Positions 57,900 to 64,000 of a DNA stretch of 64,000 nucleotides are shown here, piece after piece (positions within the stretch are counted from its first letter, which is position 1; every line of letters starts with the position of its first letter). This DNA comes from a virus. Location of the stretch: IMG/VR virus record IMGVR_UViG_3300028831_000484, positions 5,398 to 69,397 of that record, one strand, 5' to 3'. The notes under the pieces were generated by a model. The model saw nothing but the letters and a program-made list of their open reading frames with translations, ran no database searches and had not been told where the DNA came from. The position numbers were made by a program, and so were the translations under genes.

Positions 57900-58172
57900 T
57901 TAATGGAATTTTATCCTGCCATCCGCAATGAAATCAATGAGTTCCTGAACCGTCATCGCCCCGGTGCACTCCTTCTCCAGCCAAATGTCGTCAATTTCAC
58001 AGTTCAAGGAGTCCTCAAGCTCCAACGAGAAATCAATCCGCTCCAACGAGTCGAACTTCAACTCCGCAATCGTCGTTTGCAGCGATACCCCAGCCGCCAG
58101 CTCTGAGTTGTTGCGCAGGATTTCAAGAACCACGTCGTGCAGCAGGTTGTATTGGGCGGTTGTGGGCTTCAT
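57900..58172 (-). CDS. acyl carrier protein-like
   Basis: ELKFDSLERIDFSLELED...TVQELIDFI; DSL phosphopantetheine motif; acidic, 90 aa. Confidence 0.8.
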   Translation of the reverse strand: MKPTTAQYNLLHDVVLEILRNNSELAAGVSLQTTIAELKFDSLERIDFSLELEDSLNCEIDDIWLEKECTGAMTVQELIDFIADGRIKFH

Positions 58173-60049
58173 AGATCGAAGGGAGGTGGCGGTTCAGGCG
58201 CGGGCGGCTCCAAAGGCCCTGGTTCAGGTGGAGGAGGTGGCGTAAAGTCAAGAAGTGGGTCAATTTTTGGATCCGCAACCGGTCCAACCTTGCAGTAGCG
58301 CATGACATCAGCAAAAAACCAGAAGCCAAACGTGCCTTCCACGCCCGTATCCCGCTGCTTGTCGCATTTGACCAGCGCATCCGCCGAATGATCGTGAGGA
58401 TCATCGTTATTTTTCTTCTTGTTCCTCCAAATCACCATGACGTTGTCGGCTTGGTTCGTTAAATCGCCGCTCCCTTTGACATCCTGCTTCGTAGCCGAGG
58501 TAAACTCATCAGTTTTTTTACGACTGTGAACCACCAGGTGCACATGCGCGTCATAAAGCTGAGCGTGAGCCGACAATTCATTCGAAAAAGCACGTTGCCC
58601 GTCCAAGTCATCACCCGCCAAATCAATTTTCATGAGCGAATCGACCACGAAATGATCGATGCCATACCTGGCCGAGGCGTATTCCATCAACTCAAGAACT
58701 TCTGCGGTCTTAACGATGCCCTTCAAATCGAAAATCCACAGCTTGCCAGTCATCCATTCCAAAACCTGATCGATTTCTTCGTTGGTAACGCTCGTTTTAA
58801 CCAAAGCCTGACGTATCATGCGCCAAAGAGTTATCTTTCCGGGCATCTCCATCGAAGCTATAGCCACCGTTTGATCCGCTAGCATGGCGTGCAACATCAG
58901 CTCAGAAAGAAAAATTGATTTTCCGTGCCCAGAGAACCCCGTCCAAATCGTCATAGCGGCCGGTGCGAACTTAACCTTGTTATGCAACAGGTCCGGAATG
59001 AAGCCTTCAGGCTCGTTGCCGGTAGGATTAGCGACTTCATGAATTTCATCGGAGAATTCAATGGGTCGTTTAATGCCAGCAGGAACAAAAGGCTGCGCAT
59101 TCAACAGTGCCTTTCCAAAAAACTCCCGCTCGCATCCGTGTTGCAAGGCTTCGTTCGCATCCTTGAAGCCTTCCAGCACCACGCGAAAGCAACGATGCCG
59201 CCCCAGCCGCTTGGCTACACCCTCCGCTGCTTCCATGCCCGCCTTGTCGGAATCGAAAGACAAAAAGATTTTATCGAACGCCTGCAAGTTCTCCCATTCG
59301 AAATCAATCCATGAACGATCCGATGCACCCTGCGGAACCGACAACGCAGGGAACCCAACCTCCGCCCACGTTAACGCATCGATCTCTCCCTCCGTGATGA
59401 CTACCTCACGACACTTCGCCGGAAAAGCCTGCCAACCGAACAGGGAGGGTGGCGTGCCAGTGCCTTCTTTGCGTATAAGTTTCTTCCCGTCCGGTCCACG
59501 CTTCACGTTCAGATATTTCATCGCCAGCAACTCATCGTTCGGGGAATAATACGGGAAGGCGATTTCCGCCCGCGCACCCGGTCCTTCACCGGTCATCAAC
59601 TCTTTCATTCGAAACGCACGCAGCGTTTCAAACGACAACGCCCGTTGACCCGTCAGATATTCGCAGACCGGGGATACGAAACGAACAAGGACCGCAGAAG
59701 CAGGCTCAGCGATCTTTGACCACTTCCGTTCTCCAAACGTAGACTGCGGTTCCTTGATGTGTAGAAACTCCCGCGCCATAGCAAGAGCTTTAACCAACTT
59801 CACGCCCTTCGATGCTACAATCAAATCCAACAAGTCGCCGGAGGAGCTACTACCACCCGCCGCGAAATCACACCACACCCCGGCTTTATCACCAATCAAA
59901 TGAACTTTTAACGACGAGCCGCTACCCCCGTTGACGTTGCTCGCTTCATACTCGTTTCCAACTCGTTTCCCACCGGGTAACAACCAGTGGGCCACCGCTT
60001 CAGCTCGTTGAGCCAATAACCTGGACAAATCTTTAGCATCGTATTTCAT
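58169..60049 (-). CDS. bifunctional primase-helicase (TOPRIM + SF4, T7 gp4/Twinkle-like)
   Basis: VITEGEIDAL, FDSDKAG (TOPRIM); TGFSGHGKS, FVVDSL, VVHSRK, KGSGDLTNQADNV (SF4). Confidence 0.9.
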   Translation of the reverse strand: MKYDAKDLSRLLAQRAEAVAHWLLPGGKRVGNEYEASNVNGGSGSSLKVHLIGDKAGVWCDFAAGGSSSSGDLLDLIVASKGVKLVKALAMAREFLHIKEPQSTFGERKWSKIAEPASAVLVRFVSPVCEYLTGQRALSFETLRAFRMKELMTGEGPGARAEIAFPYYSPNDELLAMKYLNVKRGPDGKKLIRKEGTGTPPSLFGWQAFPAKCREVVITEGEIDALTWAEVGFPALSVPQGASDRSWIDFEWENLQAFDKIFLSFDSDKAGMEAAEGVAKRLGRHRCFRVVLEGFKDANEALQHGCEREFFGKALLNAQPFVPAGIKRPIEFSDEIHEVANPTGNEPEGFIPDLLHNKVKFAPAAMTIWTGFSGHGKSIFLSELMLHAMLADQTVAIASMEMPGKITLWRMIRQALVKTSVTNEEIDQVLEWMTGKLWIFDLKGIVKTAEVLELMEYASARYGIDHFVVDSLMKIDLAGDDLDGQRAFSNELSAHAQLYDAHVHLVVHSRKKTDEFTSATKQDVKGSGDLTNQADNVMVIWRNKKKNNDDPHDHSADALVKCDKQRDTGVEGTFGFWFFADVMRYCKVGPVADPKIDPLLDFTPPPPPEPGPLEPPAPEPPPPFDL

Positions 60050-60069
60050 AAGTTACCTTTCTGCGCGCC

Positions 60070-60277
60070 CGGCCGCATCGCATCGGTTGTTGCAATTCCC
60101 GTGCTTGTCTTGGCCGGGCGCGCTTCAATGTATTGGTTGTCGCTACTGCCTACGTTGATTACTCGAACAAGGTGTTTGTCGCTATCCCGTCGAATGTTTG
60201 AACGAACTGTCTGGTTGTTGCCATCTCGTCTCATGACTGAACGAACGCCAAGTGTGTTGCTATTGAGCTTTCTGTCT
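60070..60277 (-). repeat. TIGR-like dual-repeat guide array 3 (5 units)
   Basis: Loop motif on + at 60088,60138,60177,60216,60255 (spacing 50,39,39,39); edge variant TTCGTTC. Confidence 0.85.
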
Positions 60278-60287
60278 CTCGTGAAAT

Positions 60288-61217
60288 TCATAGACTCGGC
60301 TTCCTCACCTGCGGCGGCGGATTTAAAACTCTCCTTCGCCTCGAAATCTCCCCATTCTCATCAAACCCCTCCAGCGTCGTCTGCTCACCCACGACCTTTC
60401 CAACCTCCTCCCGCATCACCGGCAAATCACGCGCCGAGTAATACGAATCAAACTTGGTTTTTGCGAACAACGTGATCGGCCGAAGGTATTCCTCCTGCGG
60501 CGTCCCTTTCCAACGGCTGACCTGCCGATTGATCATGACCCTACATCCCGCCTCCTCCACACCAGCCTCCGCCAGCCTCGCAGCAATTATCGAAAGATTG
60601 GACTCCACCTCCCGAAACGGCTTCCCAGTCGCCTGCGCCAAGTGTCCCAATAACCTGCGCGCCACCTCATAACGAACAATCTTCTCTGAATCACCGTTTG
60701 TGCTTGCCTTAGTAATCGCGCGCGCGGTACAAGGATCTCTTACAAGGTCCTTGTAAGAATTCTGAGTAAGATCCTGATCCTGATCCTTATCCTCATGGGA
60801 GGGGGCCTCCCATGCCACTGGGAGTGGGGGTGGGAGGGGGGCTACCAGGGGGACTGGGAGGGGGGCTACCACCCCATCGCTTCCTATCAAAAGCCCATGT
60901 TTCTTCAACAATGCCATCACTCGAACATGGTATTGGCATCGTCCTGATAGCTCTCCGTATTGAAACTTGATGAACTTCGGAATAAACCACTTCGCCTCCG
61001 CCAGCCTCCTCACCCTGTCCCCCAATAATCCCATGTCCGTTTCCTTAAAACCTCCCGCCCCTACTCCTGACTCGAAATTTACCCTGTCCCAATCTAACTC
61101 GATTACTCCTGCCCCATCACATTGATCGCAGATATACAACCACAACCACTGCAATCGCATTCCAAGCTGCCGGAACCATGGATCTCCCCACTTCCCACCT
61201 TCAGTAAATCGCTTCAT
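60288..61217 (-). CDS. phage replication initiator (Phg_2220_C-like C-terminus)
   Basis: MKRFTEGGKWGDPWFRQL N-terminus; YLRPITLFAKTKFDSY C-terminus; DKDQDQD linker. Confidence 0.8.
   Translation of the reverse strand: MKRFTEGGKWGDPWFRQLGMRLQWLWLYICDQCDGAGVIELDWDRVNFESGVGAGGFKETDMGLLGDRVRRLAEAKWFIPKFIKFQYGELSGRCQYHVRVMALLKKHGLLIGSDGVVAPLPVPLVAPLPPPLPVAWEAPSHEDKDQDQDLTQNSYKDLVRDPCTARAITKASTNGDSEKIVRYEVARRLLGHLAQATGKPFREVESNLSIIAARLAEAGVEEAGCRVMINRQVSRWKGTPQEEYLRPITLFAKTKFDSYYSARDLPVMREEVGKVVGEQTTLEGFDENGEISRRRRVLNPPPQVRKPSL
60796..60871. repeat. iteron-like direct repeats inside the initiator gene (putative origin)
   Basis: TGGGAGGGGGGCTACCA at 60831 and 60855; partial copy at 60796. Confidence 0.5.
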
Positions 61218-61699
61218 CCGTGACTTTCCTTCCTGTAAAAAAATCGGGACCCCACCAGACTGAGCTTTCTTCGGAAGATACTGGCCGCTCGGCCGTTTCG
61301 AAGCAATCGGTGGAGTCCCAAACTTTAAATCTCGTTTCCAAAGAAAGCTGCCCGCTGTTCTACTCCCTCCACCATCCCCTGCAAGTCTTTTTTTCAACTC
61401 GCTCGTTTTTCCTCCCAATTCAATGAACCTTAATGAAATTGAAATTGTCAGAAAGTTGAGAGAAGGGCCATTGTGCGCCGCCCCGGCCTGGCCCCCTCGC
61501 CCCCGGATCACCCCGGATACTCGAAATCCTGGCGTTTCTCCTCATTTGCAAGGAGTTACGCGTTTCACAACCTCAATCGCCGTATGATCAAGCAAGTCGC
61601 CCGTTTCGGGATTTCTCCAATTCCTTCAAACGACTTGCGGATCAAACGGAAACACAGCTTAGCTGATAGACCTTGACGCGTTCAACGGATTTGACCGTA

Positions 61700-62515
61700 T
61701 GGAAAGGGAGAAAGCAAGTAACGGTAAACGAGACAAGCCACACGGTCCGCTTCAAAGGGTTAGCCCCTAGACTGCTGGCGACACCATTTCGGTTTCAAAT
61801 CTCTGCTATCGTGAACAGCGCGGTTTCCATAGACGCAGATTGCGAGCGTAACTCGCAAGGTTCACGAACCTACAATCGTAGCACGGTCTAAGCCGTGACG
61901 TTGTAAGCCCAGTATGTCAGACGTGAGTAGACGGGCAGTTCAAACTGAGGTGCGAACTGAGACACGTTTACCGAATAGGTGAGTAACACCTTAGAACGGG
62001 GCGAGCTAAAGCGGGAAGTCGACGGGACAAGCCCAAGCAAGCTTTCGAGTGAGACGCGCGATAAACAGCGTCTACGCCATGGAGAAACGCAAGATACTCC
62101 GTAGGTAGGTAGGCACGTAGATAAAGCCTACAATGCCCGATGAGGGCGGACTAAAGCCAGTCCGTAATCCGTGAAGAACGGAGCGAGACTGGCAAGCAAT
62201 ACTTTATGCGGTAGTGAGGAACTACCGGGCAGGGAAAGCAATCCTGCAATCCGTTGAACCAAGTAGCAAGGTAGGCAAGGAGTGAAGATTAGGATCTGGC
62301 TTACAATACCCATTGCGAAAGGTTGAGACGGTCAAAAGCAAGTTGTGCCGATGCTATCAATAACACAGTATCGGAAACTAACACGACAACGTAGCAGCGT
62401 CCGTTAGACGCTGGGAATAACACTTAACAAGCGGGAAGAGTAGAAGACAGGGGAAGACAATCAAAGGTAGTTGAAACGGGCAGGTGAGAGAGAAACAACT
62501 CACCTGCCCTTTGTG
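61700..62515 (+). ncRNA. candidate large structured non-coding RNA (boundaries approximate)
   Basis: No convincing ORF; perfect stems at 61840-58, 62156-93, 62209-27, 62395-413; ends at an 11-bp hairpin. Confidence 0.55.
62478..62515 (+). terminator. terminator-like hairpin
   Basis: gggcaggtgag-N10-ctcacctgccc-tttgtgtt. Confidence 0.55.
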
Positions 62516-62618
62516 TTGAGCCTACAATGTCGTAGGTTCAAACCAAGGGGCAATGTCCAATTGGTTCAGGTAACAAAAACAAATGCCCCAATAGGGGCGA
62601 AAGGTAGTTAAGGTAAGT

Positions 62619-63119
62619 ATGAAAGTAAGCAAGTTGACAGTGGAACAGCTCAAGGCTGAGTTGATCAAGGCGAATGAAGCAAGGGCCAACGGGACAATCA
62701 CCGTTGAGAATTCACGGGGTGAAACCCGTACGCTGTCATTCACGAGTGTCAGTCATACGGGCGGATTCGCTCTTAACAAAGACGTTGAGGCGAACAAGCC
62801 GGCATTTCTGGAATACTTGGCGATCAGCACAATGGCGTTGAGTCAGACACAGAAGGCTAGCAGTGGCGGACACGTTGCGCGTTCGTCCGCGACACATAAC
62901 CAAAAGAAGGACGTGGCGAGTCTTTCCACCCGCATTGCGGGATTGGTGCCGAAGACGGTTCCGGCGGTTATCGCATTGGCGCAAGCGCAAGCTGCGGCCA
63001 AGTTGGTGAAACAGATCGAGAATGAAATTGCGGATCGTGAAGCGATTGCCAAGAAGTTGGCGAAGGCAGCGGCGAAGCGGGCGGAGAAGGCAGCGGCTTT
63101 GAAGCAGAATGCGGCCTAG
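62619..63119 (+). CDS. hypothetical protein with Lys/Ala-rich C-terminus
   Basis: 166-aa ORF followed by a terminator. Confidence 0.7.
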   Translation: MKVSKLTVEQLKAELIKANEARANGTITVENSRGETRTLSFTSVSHTGGFALNKDVEANKPAFLEYLAISTMALSQTQKASSGGHVARSSATHNQKKDVASLSTRIAGLVPKTVPAVIALAQAQAAAKLVKQIENEIADREAIAKKLAKAAAKRAEKAAALKQNAA

Positions 63120-63147
63120 TCCTGGCAAGTAGGTTTGGTTCAAAATC

Positions 63148-63184
63148 AGGCGAGATTGAGCGAAGGTTCTGTCTCGCCTTTTTT
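63148..63184 (+). terminator. probable intrinsic terminator
   Basis: aggcgaga...tctcgcct followed by a T-run. Confidence 0.55.
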
Positions 63185-63209
63185 GCATCAAAATGGATAC
63201 AATGGTGGC

Positions 63210-63671
63210 ATGAAGCAGGCGCACGGTTATGCTGGGAAGGTGAAGCATCCGCTTTATCTAGTGCGGATGGCGATGCTGGAAAGGTGTTACAACAAAAAGC
63301 ATCACGATTACAACCGGTATGGTGGTCGCGGGGTGATAGTTTGCAAGCAGTGGATTAACGATCCTGTGGCTTTTATTAAATGGGGATTATCACATGGATG
63401 GGCACCGGGGTTAACGATTGATCGGAAGAACAACGACGGGCCGTATTCACCTGGCAACTGTCGATTCAGCACTCGATTGCAGCAGGCTCGTAATCGGTCG
63501 GACAACGTGTTGACGGCCGCAGACGTGGTGTGGATTCGCAAATTGTTCAATGAGCTTGCGGTGCCCTACGGGGACAGGGTGTGGTTCGACAGGGAAGTTG
63601 CGGCCGTGTTTGGAGTAGCGCACAACACAGTTCGAAACGTACGGCTGGGCAGAACATGGAAACAGCTTTGA
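63210..63671 (+). CDS. HNH homing endonuclease (YGGRG family)
   Basis: YGGRGVIVCKQW...TIDRKNNDGPYSPGNCRFST. Confidence 0.86.
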   Translation: MKQAHGYAGKVKHPLYLVRMAMLERCYNKKHHDYNRYGGRGVIVCKQWINDPVAFIKWGLSHGWAPGLTIDRKNNDGPYSPGNCRFSTRLQQARNRSDNVLTAADVVWIRKLFNELAVPYGDRVWFDREVAAVFGVAHNTVRNVRLGRTWKQL

Positions 63672-63760
63672 TGACAAGTCTGAGGGCATTAGTAGGGACT
63701 AATGCCTTCAAGCATGTCATTAACGTAATGGCAGTAGAAACAACGAAAGAAAGGTAGTCT

Positions 63761-64000
63761 ATGCAGATTGAAGTAAAGGAGAACATTACGATTATCACGC
63801 TGGCAAGTGGTGTTCAGCTCGAAGTTCATCCCCGTGACAGCTTGACGATTAACACGCCGGGCGGGAGAACGTCGTGGAACATTGGTTTGAACCAGGACGG
63901 GGAAATGATGCTTGACGGGTGGAGCATTGATGCGTTGGTCACTGCGGAGGTGCAGCGTCAGCAGTCCAAGGGAATTACGCAGTGGTTGGAGAATACGCCT
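63761..64000 (+). CDS. hypothetical protein, 3'-truncated
   Basis: AAAGG then ATG; MQIEVKENITII... open to the window end. Confidence 0.55.
   Translation, partial: MQIEVKENITIITLASGVQLEVHPRDSLTINTPGGRTSWNIGLNQDGEMMLDGWSIDALVTAEVQRQQSKGITQWLENTP

Noticed and set aside
60046-60291. 81-aa ORF between initiator and primase
   Set aside because: Coincides entirely with array 3; probably incidental, though not excluded.
61934-62515. Group II intron
   Set aside because: A GTGCG is present, but I found no domain V/VI consensus, no RT ORF and no interrupted gene.
1-64000. tRNA or rRNA genes
   Set aside because: No cloverleaf with T-loop consensus and no rRNA signature recognised by eye.

Overview
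This window holds most of a temperate tailed-phage genome with podovirus-like organisation (no tape-measure or sheath gene seen); it is truncated at both ends. Layout: (i) 1-2577 (+) C-terminal part of a Nop-domain, IS110-related (Tas-like) protein, a tandem dual-repeat array, an HTH-like protein and a tyrosine integrase. (ii) ~2500-45300 (-) late module: putative TerS, TerL, portal, scaffold, capsid, adaptor/tail proteins, fibres, cupin, GNAT, ejection proteins including a 3099-aa giant, two LRR paralogues, a stand-alone receiver domain, a holin-like gene and FN3-like secreted proteins. (iii) 45479-53125 (+) RecT, beta-clamp, RecE-like nuclease and small genes. (iv) 53176-61217 (mostly -) initiator, primase-helicase, ACP-like protein, SSB-like protein, endonuclease. 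(v) ~61.7-62.5 kb hairpin-dense non-coding region. Ten HNH endonuclease genes are scattered throughout. The main result is a TIGR-Tas-like RNA-guided system whose guide units (AGYCA-N10-TNGCRACA-N9-edge, ~36-39 nt) occur at four loci: 11 units next to the tas-like gene, plus 21, 5 and 3 units 52-60 kb away, about 40 in total. The three larger arrays fill the gap between genes of an operon. Also found: a recurring 22-bp palindrome (GTCACCCT-N6-AGGGTGAC) before late genes and a candidate large structured RNA. All protein calls come from motif recognition by eye; no database searches were run.
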